This document shows, one piece after another, positions 55,612-64,000 of a stretch of DNA of 64,000 nucleotides. Location: NCBI GenBank assembly GCA_965237835.1, contig OZ250160.1:18371-82370 (forward strand), written 5' to 3'. This stretch comes from Candidatus Poribacteria bacterium (GTDB lineage Bacteria > Poribacteria > WGA-4E > WGA-3G). The notes under the pieces are model-generated. The model ran no database searches. It was not told the DNA's origin and saw only the letters and a list, made by a program, of their open reading frames with translations. Numbering within the stretch: position 1 is the stretch's first letter; each line of letters begins with the position of its first letter. The position numbers and the translations under genes are program-made.

Positions 55612-57813
55612 CTATTGTGGAACCTCCCACAACAGAATAGTCCCATCACTACTTCCACTTGCGAGAGTTTTACCATCTGGACTAAACGCCACCGAACTAA
55701 CCCCATCCGAATGTCCAGAAAGTGTTTTCAGGTGTTTTCCCGAATTGGCAGACCATACACGGACAGTTTCGTCAAAACTACCAGTGGCTATAGTTTCTCC
55801 ATTGGCGGAAAAGCGGACAGTTGTGATAGTGCCTCCACCACAATAAGGAAGACTAACATGCCCGGAGAGAGTATTTAGATGCTGTCTTGTGCTGACATCC
55901 AGTAGGTTTACCACACTGTTATTAGAATCCACCATAGCGATAATATTTCCATCTGGAGAAAAACCCGCGAAACTTTCAGCCCCCGAATATCCGGAGAGTT
56001 TTCTGATATGTTGACCTGTTTTACCATCCCATAGATACACTCCGTCGTCCCAATTTTCTTCATAAATACCAGTAACGATAGTATTTACATTAGGTGAAAA
56101 GTATGCCCCCTCAATACTACCTGTAATTCCAGTAAGAGTATTGAGGAGTTGTCCTGTACTCAAATCCCATAGTTGAACTGTGTTGTCTGTGTCGTCTAAA
56201 GACTGGGTAGCAAGAATATTTCCATCGGATGAAAAGGATAAGGAGTAAACTCTTCCCGTGATTCCAGTCAGTGTTTTGAGCAGTTGCCCCGTGCTGGTGT
56301 CCCATAACTGTACAGTATTATCCGTACCTCTACTGGCAATAGTTTTTTCATCCGGTGAAAAGATGACGTGAGTGATATTCTCCTTTTTCCGATCCAGCGT
56401 TTTGAGAAGTTGTCCCGTGTTTGCATCCCATAATAGGAAAGAATGGTCCCAGCTCCAGCTGGCAATAGTCTTTCCATCCGGTGAATAGGAAACGTGTTGG
56501 ATAGAATTTGTGTGGCGAGTCAGTGTTTTGAGCAGTTGTCCCGTGTTGATATCCCATACATATACGTTTTTATCCGAACTCACGCTGGCAATAGTTTTGC
56601 CATCCGGAGAAAAGGAAACGCTGTTAACACTATCCGTATACCCACTAAGAGTTTTCAGGAGCTGCCCTGTGATTGCATCCCATAGACGTACCGTTTTGTC
56701 CGAACCCTTGCTAAGAATAGTAATTCCATCCGGAGAAAAGGAAACGGTATCAACACCACCTGTATGTCCAGAGAGTTTTATCAACTCTTGTCCCATGGTA
56801 GCAGACCATAGACGTATCGTGCCATCAGACCCAGCCGCAGCGATAATTTTTCCATTTAGTGAAAAGCATACACAAGACGCTTTACCCTCCGTATGTCCGA
56901 CGAGACTTTGCAGGTATTGTCCAGTGGCTACATCCCATAGGCGCACCCAACCATCCGATGAACCTGCGGTAGCAAGGATATTTCCATCAGGAGAAAAGTG
57001 GACGTTGGAGAAATCACCGGTATTCTCCTGAATGAGTGTATTTAAGTGTTCCCCCGTTCTGGTATCCCATAGACGCACCGTTTTGTCCGACCCACTCGTA
57101 GCGATGGTTTTTCCATCGGGTGAAAAGAAAACTCGGTCAACACTACGTTCATGTGCAATGATAGATCTTACGAGTTCTCCCGTACCGACATCCCAGAGAT
57201 GCACAGTAGTGCTATTATGTTTCCAAATTGCAATAGTCTTTCCATCGGGTGAAAAGTGTTTGTTATAGTATGCATTGTTAGGTTTGGCGAGTGTTTTTAT
57301 GAGTTGACCTATTCTAACATCCCACAACTGCACTGTCTTGTCATGAATCTCAGAATTATTTCCACTTGATGTAGCAATAATATTTCCATCGGGTGAAAAG
57401 ACCGGTCTGTAGAGACCAATCTTATCGTCTGTCAGAGATCTTAGTAGTTGTCCCGTGGCAGCATTCCATAACAGAACTGTTGCATCCGGCCCCTCTGTAG
57501 CGATAGTATTTCCATCGCGTGAGAAAGACACGCTTTTTATACCTTTTGTATGGTGCGTAGGGTCAGTGAGTTGGTAGAGTTCTTTGCCAGTAATCGAGTC
57601 GTAGATCCAAACCCCAACTGAACTCGCTACGGCAAACCGAGTACCATCAGGAAAATAAGCGATCTCACCCAATGTCCCTTTACCGATGCGTAATTTCGCA
57701 CCTTCTGGCAAATTCAATTTGGTGGTATCTTGAGCAGGTACGTTTGACAGAAACAACACAAAAAGCAAGGATAGGGTAATGATGAATTGGTATATTGTTT
57801 TCATTTTGCACAT
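55612..57813 (-). CDS. Secreted WD40 repeat protein
   Basis: Signal peptide, LPEGAKLRIGKG, many FSPDG..IA.....D.TV.LWD repeats. Confidence 0.92.
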   Translation of the reverse strand: MCKMKTIYQFIITLSLLFVLFLSNVPAQDTTKLNLPEGAKLRIGKGTLGEIAYFPDGTRFAVASSVGVWIYDSITGKELYQLTDPTHHTKGIKSVSFSRDGNTIATEGPDATVLLWNAATGQLLRSLTDDKIGLYRPVFSPDGNIIATSSGNNSEIHDKTVQLWDVRIGQLIKTLAKPNNAYYNKHFSPDGKTIAIWKHNSTTVHLWDVGTGELVRSIIAHERSVDRVFFSPDGKTIATSGSDKTVRLWDTRTGEHLNTLIQENTGDFSNVHFSPDGNILATAGSSDGWVRLWDVATGQYLQSLVGHTEGKASCVCFSLNGKIIAAAGSDGTIRLWSATMGQELIKLSGHTGGVDTVSFSPDGITILSKGSDKTVRLWDAITGQLLKTLSGYTDSVNSVSFSPDGKTIASVSSDKNVYVWDINTGQLLKTLTRHTNSIQHVSYSPDGKTIASWSWDHSFLLWDANTGQLLKTLDRKKENITHVIFSPDEKTIASRGTDNTVQLWDTSTGQLLKTLTGITGRVYSLSFSSDGNILATQSLDDTDNTVQLWDLSTGQLLNTLTGITGSIEGAYFSPNVNTIVTGIYEENWDDGVYLWDGKTGQHIRKLSGYSGAESFAGFSPDGNIIAMVDSNNSVVNLLDVSTRQHLNTLSGHVSLPYCGGGTITTVRFSANGETIATGSFDETVRVWSANSGKHLKTLSGHSDGVSSVAFSPDGKTLASGSSDGTILLWEVPQ

Positions 57814-57841
57814 CTCCCCTTAACAATTTGTAGAAAATTTG

Positions 57842-58096
57842 TCAATTAACGACACTCCGTGGGCACGTTTACAATGCACCTACAGAGTGGAATCAAGTTG
57901 ATTTGATATAATACCCAATTAACCCCCGATTTGTAGCGCGAGGTCCCCGTGCCTCGCAATCCTGACCTTATCAGAAAACTTTGAATCCCGTTAATTTGGT
58001 ATAATACCCAATTAACCCCCGATTTGTAGCGCGAGGTCCCCGTGCCTCGCAACGGTATCCTATATCAATAGACTTCGAAGCAAGTTAATTTGGTAT
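57842..58096. repeat. Tandem family-A MITEs (degenerate 57842-57909, 57911-58002, 58004-58096)
   Basis: Head-to-tail copies joined by GGTATAATACC. Confidence 0.85.
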
Positions 58097-58129
58097 AATA
58101 CCCAACAAAGAACAAAAAGAAACGTATGT

Positions 58130-60742
58130 TTAACGTTTCTGTACTTGGAAACCGGCATCCAAAGCCTTCTCAACTCGAACTTGCGACTCTTCAAGGTGTG
58201 CCACGCTATAATCATCAAGTTTATCCTTAGAATTTTGCACCACGTTCTTTATTCGATCATTGAGTTTTACAAGATGGAAACGTGCAAGAGACCTTGCATC
58301 TTCAGGTGTACCATTATCAGCAGCTAACACAAGTTTAATGAGCTGCTTCAGGTGTTCACGCTGCAAGCCACGCCGGAAACTGGAGATAAACGCATCAGAA
58401 TTGGACCACTGTTTTGCTCCTGCATTCTTATCAAGTTCAATCCAAACAGCATCCGTAATACCTGTAAAGAGTTCTGGCAATGTGAACACATCTTCATTCT
58501 CCGAAAACTTAAGCTCTGTGTCCTGTACACGGGCAAGAACATTTGGATCAAGCAACCGTCCCAAAATTTGGCTTTGATTTCGTAGAATAACGTCATGGAT
58601 CGGGTAATCCAATCGAGACGAATTCCCACTACTTGCACCCCAATCGCTCCATTGAGTAATCGCAATACTGTTCAGCAGCTTAGGTGGAAAATCGAATGTT
58701 TTGTCTGAGAGTGCATGTTCTTTGATAAATGTCAGTGCTTCACGCTGCTTCTTTGCTGAAACAGGCACATAAGGTAAACGCCCATTTTTATCACCGCGAT
58801 GGTCGCGATGGTGATATTGTCCTCCGATGTAACGGGTTGCAAAGAACATGGAACGGCTATATTGACCCAGTAGTGACCTGAATGCCCGTCTTACGCGTTG
58901 ATAACCCATTCCATCTGTTGTGACTTTGTCTGCAATCTCGTCCCAGAGACCAGCAACAATTTCCTGACGTTGTTTAGCAAATTCAAGCGGATCCGCACCG
59001 AGATCCCAACGATTGACTAATGGATCGAGGTCGCGATATTGATACATTGAGGCATCGCCATCAGTACCATACCGAAGTTCTGGTGTTGCAACTTTAGAAG
59101 CAATTTTCTGCAACTCAGATAATTCTGCTTCAGGTTTACTCCCATCGATCTGTTTATAGGCGTACTCCACCACCCAGTAGTCCCAGGGACCGATTGTTGT
59201 TGTATAATAATTTCCCTGTTTTTTTCCTTCCGGAGCTATATTTACAGCATCGTATTCCATCACTGAACCAACAAGAGCCTTGCCTTTGTTCTTATTCAAC
59301 GCATCAAGCGTATGAATTGTACTCGCTTTAAAGTTGTGACGCAGTCCCAAAGTGTGACCGACTTCGTGCATAATCAATGCTTTGAGTGCTTGACCGATAA
59401 ACTCCTCTGGAAGTTCACCGTCGTCCATCAAGCCGCGTGCCTGTAGAACGCTCGCCATAAATCCCATTTCACGTGCAAGCCCAGATGCCATCTGACAGTT
59501 GAACCGTGAATCATGATCGACCGCGTGCTCGCGTTCATGTTCTACTTCATCAAAGAAAGTGGTATACTCGCGCTGCCAAGATCTGATCCAACTTTCACCG
59601 ACAAGGATATCTGCATCCAGAATCTGTCCTGTTAGTGGATTCACTCGAGAAGGTCCAATTGCAAAGGAAGCACCAACGATCCAACGAATTGTATTATACC
59701 GAGCATCCTCGGGGTCCCAGTCCTCATGATCTTGTTGTATCCGTGCTTCAATAGCATCAACAAAACCTGCTTTTTCAAAAGCCTTGTTCCATTCCAGAAT
59801 ACCTTGTCGGACGTACGGACGAAAACGATGCGGCACAGTTTTCTCTATGTAAAAAATAATTGGATCTTTCGGAGGAGAAAGTTTGGCATTTTTGTCCGCT
59901 TTTTCTAAGTGCCACCGATTGACAAACCGCACATAAGGATCTTCGCTGGTTTTAAGTGAGAAGTCTTTAACTGTCGTCATGAAATGTCCCATACGATCAT
60001 CAGCCAAACGGGGTTGATAGTTGTTTGATGGTAGTTCTACGAGACTGTAGTGCACTGATAATTGGATACCACGACTATCTGGAATTGTTTCACGACTACC
60101 ACTTGCAGAATAAACTGCATCGACTCTCAACTCAACGTTTTTGGGAAACGTTTTAATGGCTCCCCATGTGCTGCGCCCTTTGTCAAAACGAGCACCACCA
60201 CCTATCTGACCCGACAAAGGTAGCAGGTCTGACATAAATACGGGTGAAATATTTACTAACAAACTCTTACGTTGTGGATGGACACTTTCAAGTTTGAGGG
60301 CAAAAAGTACAGAGTCACGATATCCCAAGTCTACCGCTTCTGCTATCGGAGTTCCTTTCTTAGCACGAAAACGAACATTTTTACGGACAAGATGTACCTT
60401 ATCCCCAACACGTCTCCACTCAAGCAACCATTCATCCATGGTCATACCTGAAAGAAGGTATCCTGTTCCGATGCCTCGTGCGATGCTAATCATACATAGA
60501 AAAGGGTTGTTCAGTTGTGATGGTTGTATCTCACAATAGACATTCTCTTTTTTCTGATAAAGTTTGAAAAATCCTTGGTGACTTTTACTCTCTTCAATGA
60601 CTTTATTAAAATCTTCATACTCTTTTTTCTGTTTTGCTGGTGTAGCAGGTTTAGCCTCTTTTTTCGTTTCTTGTGCGACTATTGGAAGACAAAAGCCGCT
60701 TACAAAAATTACACAAAGCCAAAAAGTGAATAGACGTTGCAT
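58130..60742 (-). CDS. Secreted zinc-dependent metalloprotease (DUF5117/DUF4953-type)
   Basis: HEVGHTLGLRHNF, SVM.Y Met-turn, PR.AD.R.G.F. Confidence 0.88.
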   Translation of the reverse strand: MQRLFTFWLCVIFVSGFCLPIVAQETKKEAKPATPAKQKKEYEDFNKVIEESKSHQGFFKLYQKKENVYCEIQPSQLNNPFLCMISIARGIGTGYLLSGMTMDEWLLEWRRVGDKVHLVRKNVRFRAKKGTPIAEAVDLGYRDSVLFALKLESVHPQRKSLLVNISPVFMSDLLPLSGQIGGGARFDKGRSTWGAIKTFPKNVELRVDAVYSASGSRETIPDSRGIQLSVHYSLVELPSNNYQPRLADDRMGHFMTTVKDFSLKTSEDPYVRFVNRWHLEKADKNAKLSPPKDPIIFYIEKTVPHRFRPYVRQGILEWNKAFEKAGFVDAIEARIQQDHEDWDPEDARYNTIRWIVGASFAIGPSRVNPLTGQILDADILVGESWIRSWQREYTTFFDEVEHEREHAVDHDSRFNCQMASGLAREMGFMASVLQARGLMDDGELPEEFIGQALKALIMHEVGHTLGLRHNFKASTIHTLDALNKNKGKALVGSVMEYDAVNIAPEGKKQGNYYTTTIGPWDYWVVEYAYKQIDGSKPEAELSELQKIASKVATPELRYGTDGDASMYQYRDLDPLVNRWDLGADPLEFAKQRQEIVAGLWDEIADKVTTDGMGYQRVRRAFRSLLGQYSRSMFFATRYIGGQYHHRDHRGDKNGRLPYVPVSAKKQREALTFIKEHALSDKTFDFPPKLLNSIAITQWSDWGASSGNSSRLDYPIHDVILRNQSQILGRLLDPNVLARVQDTELKFSENEDVFTLPELFTGITDAVWIELDKNAGAKQWSNSDAFISSFRRGLQREHLKQLIKLVLAADNGTPEDARSLARFHLVKLNDRIKNVVQNSKDKLDDYSVAHLEESQVRVEKALDAGFQVQKR

Positions 60743-61170
60743 CTAACTTTCTCCTTATTTTAAGTGCAGCAATCTGTGTACTTCGCTGGAAATAAACCTA
60801 TTTTGAATAAATTTTGGGTGGTATATACGAATAATCTTGATATAACCAGTATACCATTTTTTGAATTTCTTTGCCAGATATGTTTTGGATATAGAAGGGG
60901 TTAACTTTGGCGAAAATGGGTTCGTCGACTACCACCAAATGAAATACGGGGCCAATCGCGCTCCCAATTCTCGGAATGATATGGAATTTAAATTTCTATA
61001 GTAGAAATAGTGATTGAAAACATTCTACAACGATAAGGAATCAATATATCAACAATTATTATTTACTCCAACGACCCAAACCTTCATCAAAAAACAGTTG
61101 ACGTTTATACGCAATAGAGATATACTTAAATATAGTGCAACACACGACAATCGCAGGAAATATCCAACTT

Positions 61171-62898
61171 ATGAAACGTCATATCGCAATTATCTTACAC
61201 ATTTTTATCCTATCCATAGTCGCGCATGCTGCGGAAGAATATACAATTCCGAAAAAACACCGTGTCATTCAAGAATCGTCTACACAACAAGTGAGTGCAC
61301 CTGTTGACACCCGACTTCCAAACGTAACTTTTACATCTCTTAAAGAAAAAACATTCCATCTTAATACTCTCATCAAACAGGGACCGGTTGTTTTTGTGTT
61401 CCTCTCTGCCGAATGTCCGGTGGCGCAACGATATGCCATGCGATTGAAACGGTTGAATTCTGAATTTTATAAGAAACAAGTTTTCATTGTTGGTGTCTAT
61501 TCTAATGAAAATGATTCTGTAGACGATGTGAAGGCATATATTACGAGGGCGGAGTTCACCTTTCCTATTGTGAAAGATACTGATGGAAGTTTAGCTCGCC
61601 ATCTCATCGCAACAATGACCCCACAAGCACATCTTGTTGATACGTCTGGTGTTTTGCGCTACCGTGGTCCGATTGACGATAACCGTTATGTAACACGAGT
61701 TAAGCAAAATTTCTTGAAAAATGCGTTGACCGCAGTCCTAAATGGAAAACCGGTGCCAGTCAAAGAGACACCCGCTTTCGGATGCACAATACATCTCCCC
61801 GACCTACCCATAGAGAGTAAGATAACCTATAGCGAGCACATCGCACCTATACTCCAAAAGCACTGTCAAACATGCCACCTTCAGGATGGGATCGCACCGT
61901 TTACGCTTGTCGATTATGAGGACGCGAAGGCACACGCTGCCAAAATTGCCGAATACACACAAACCCGCCACATGCCACCATGGAGACCGGTAGAAGGTTA
62001 CGGTGATTTTAAGAACGAACGGAAACTTACAGAGACTGAAATTGAGATGATACAACAGTGGGTTAAAACAGACACTCCACCAGGACTCAAAACTAATGAT
62101 AAAACTACAGCACAATCTTCGGAGACATGGACACTCGGAGAACCGGACTCACAAACTGAAATACCGATAGAATTTAAAGAGTTGACTGAAGGTAAACATG
62201 CAACGCTCAATATTGTCATCAAAACAGACTTTGAGAAAAATATGTATGTGCGAGCGATCGATTTTCAGTCCGAGAATAAGAAAGTAGTGCGTCGGGTTAT
62301 CGCAAACCTTGGTTCAAAAATCAAAAAACACCAAATTGCTATTCCTGATGACAACCCAATTAATTCAAATGAACGGACTACTCCAAATTACAAGATTGAT
62401 GTTAGACTTGGGACTTGGGCACCAGGTTTTGAACCGTCTGTTTTGCCAGAAGGGATTGGATATCTGCTGCCAAAGGGAGGACAGATCATTCTTGATGTGT
62501 TATATAAAGGCACTGATCGTAAAGAGCAGGATACCTTGCAGGTAGGACTCTATTTTTCTAAAACATCGGAAACAGCACAGGTGCATGAGGTATCTCTGAA
62601 TAACTATGGCGATGATAACGAACAAAAAAATGCATTATCCCATCAGTTAAAAAGCGATGCGTACTTGTTTGCATTACATGCACCAACGTATATAGATAAA
62701 CAGGGTCTTCAGGCTATAACGATAACACCCACAAATGAACGTATTAAGTTGCTCTGGATTAAGGAATCTCACTTTGAATGGTTAGATATTTACCATTACC
62801 GCGAGCCTATCTTTTTGCCAGCAGGTTCACGATTGGAACTTGATGTTGACGAAAATTCAGAGCATCAGAATAGTCAGAAGTTATCTAAGCAATATTAA
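61171..62898 (+). CDS. Redoxin + CxxCH + copper monooxygenase-like multidomain protein, C-terminus probably cut by the IS
   Basis: ECP, YRG.IDD, GC, CQTCH, MPPW, WAPG; ends abruptly next to IS630. Confidence 0.75.
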   Translation: MKRHIAIILHIFILSIVAHAAEEYTIPKKHRVIQESSTQQVSAPVDTRLPNVTFTSLKEKTFHLNTLIKQGPVVFVFLSAECPVAQRYAMRLKRLNSEFYKKQVFIVGVYSNENDSVDDVKAYITRAEFTFPIVKDTDGSLARHLIATMTPQAHLVDTSGVLRYRGPIDDNRYVTRVKQNFLKNALTAVLNGKPVPVKETPAFGCTIHLPDLPIESKITYSEHIAPILQKHCQTCHLQDGIAPFTLVDYEDAKAHAAKIAEYTQTRHMPPWRPVEGYGDFKNERKLTETEIEMIQQWVKTDTPPGLKTNDKTTAQSSETWTLGEPDSQTEIPIEFKELTEGKHATLNIVIKTDFEKNMYVRAIDFQSENKKVVRRVIANLGSKIKKHQIAIPDDNPINSNERTTPNYKIDVRLGTWAPGFEPSVLPEGIGYLLPKGGQIILDVLYKGTDRKEQDTLQVGLYFSKTSETAQVHEVSLNNYGDDNEQKNALSHQLKSDAYLFALHAPTYIDKQGLQAITITPTNERIKLLWIKESHFEWLDIYHYREPIFLPAGSRLELDVDENSEHQNSQKLSKQY

Positions 62899-64000
62899 AT
62901 ATTAAATTACCAATTCAAAATGTTTTAAGTTATACTATGAGTAAATCTACCACTTAAGGAGCGTCTCCTGTGATGATATACGCAGAATTCCGCGATGAGT
63001 CGGCACTTGATCATCTTGATGCTGCACTTTTCGAAGCAACGAAACTGCAATGGTATCGGCGTTTGCTGATCATCAAACTCAGTGCCACTGAGCATATGTC
63101 GGTGCCGAAACTCGCAAGAATGTTCAATCTATCTGATGCAAGCGTTCGGAGCTATATTCATAAGTATAACACCTCTGGTTTAGATGCGTTGATGCCCAAG
63201 AGTCCGCCGGGGTGTCGTGGTAAAATCACGCATTTCAGCAAATCTGACTGGACCCGGCTCTTTGAGCAAACACCGGATCAATACGAAAAACTTGAGACGG
63301 ACTCTCGCCAATGGACCCTTGAACTCATTAGAGTTTATCTCAAGGCATATCACGAGATTTCGGTAACACCGCCAGCGATCTATTTCGCTTTACGGCGGAT
63401 GGGCTACCGAACGGGTCGTAGTAAACTTCGTGTTGGGAGTCCAGACCCTGAATATCAAGCAAAACGGACACAACTGATGGAGTTGTCCTCTTTGCAAAAA
63501 CGGGGCAGTTGACGAGCGAGGCGGCTCGGTTGATTGTCCCGGATACCCAACTTCGGCGTTTAGGTCTCCCGCCACCTGAGAATAGCAAAAAGGAGGCTCG
63601 CCTATTTTTCTTTGACGAAGCGAATGTGTCTTGGTGTCCCAAGACCGGACGCGTCTATCGCCAGCAAGGCAGTGAATATAAGGTCAACACGCCCGGCAAA
63701 AACCAGCGGAAATACCTCATCGGCTCCTTAGAATATCCTTCGGGTGCTGGCTTGTATGAGATCTATGCTAACAAAACGCATCTTCAGATGAAAACACATT
63801 GGCAAAATTTAATGGAAATGTATCCTGATGAGTTGCTGTTTGTTGTCCGCGACAACGCTTCAAGTCATACTACGGCAAAGTTGGACGATTTCCTTAGCCA
63901 CCACAAAGACCGATTGCGTTTAGTGCCGACGCCGACTTATAGCCCGCACCTGAATCTCATTGAGCGATTGTGGCATCTGATGCGAGATCAAATCAACAGG
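62870..64000 (+). mobile_element. IS630 family element; OrfA 62970-63512 (HTH) and OrfB in the -1 frame (DDE), runs off the window
   Basis: OrfB reads FFDE...DNASSH...PTYSPHLNLIERLW; AAAAACGGGG at the overlap (63496-63505); left end approximate. Confidence 0.9.

Noticed and set aside
4947-58096. Family-A repeats as integron attC sites
   Set aside because: They have AAC...GTT cores, but AATTAAC/GTTAATT deviates from RYYYAAC/GTTRRRY. Symmetry extends outward to TA ends, cargo orientation is mixed, and no integrase is in the window. A MITE fits better.
594-63642. Numerous short ORFs antisense to or nested in long genes
   Set aside because: These are shadow frames of well-supported genes, with no recognisable motifs.

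Overview
This is bacterial DNA, most likely Candidatus Poribacteria. That is an inference from the WD40 proteins with an 'LPEGAxxRLGxG' lead-in, the ECF sigma-TM-WD40 fusion, a PhyH dioxygenase and secreted proteins ending in 'KLTTTWxxIK'. Core content: an XPB-DUF790(Bax1) pair, a Planctomycete-type MoxR/DUF58/BatA/vWA/prenyltransferase cluster, coaE, modABC, mrp, thiO and several hydrolases and oxidoreductases. The MoxR and modABC operons are split by co-oriented passengers, including a DarT-DarG single-chain fusion and a nuclease-STAND NTPase. Intergenic DNA is dense with small protein-less mobile elements. (i) About 18 copies of a ~90-bp TA-flanked MITE carry GTAG-REP hairpins, and two further TIR families do the same. 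(ii) Three copies of a transposase/TnpB-less IS200/IS605-type element carry their own sigma70 promoter, a covarying pseudoknotted RNA and a TnpB omegaRNA-like right end. (iii) One IscB/IsrB-type omegaRNA (HEARO-like) element has no ORF. A lipoprotein gene has an in-frame TGA followed by a SECIS-like hairpin and continued homology, making it a candidate new selenoprotein. An IS630 runs off the right edge. No rRNA, tRNA or CRISPR array was recognised. All calls were made by eye; no database searches were run.
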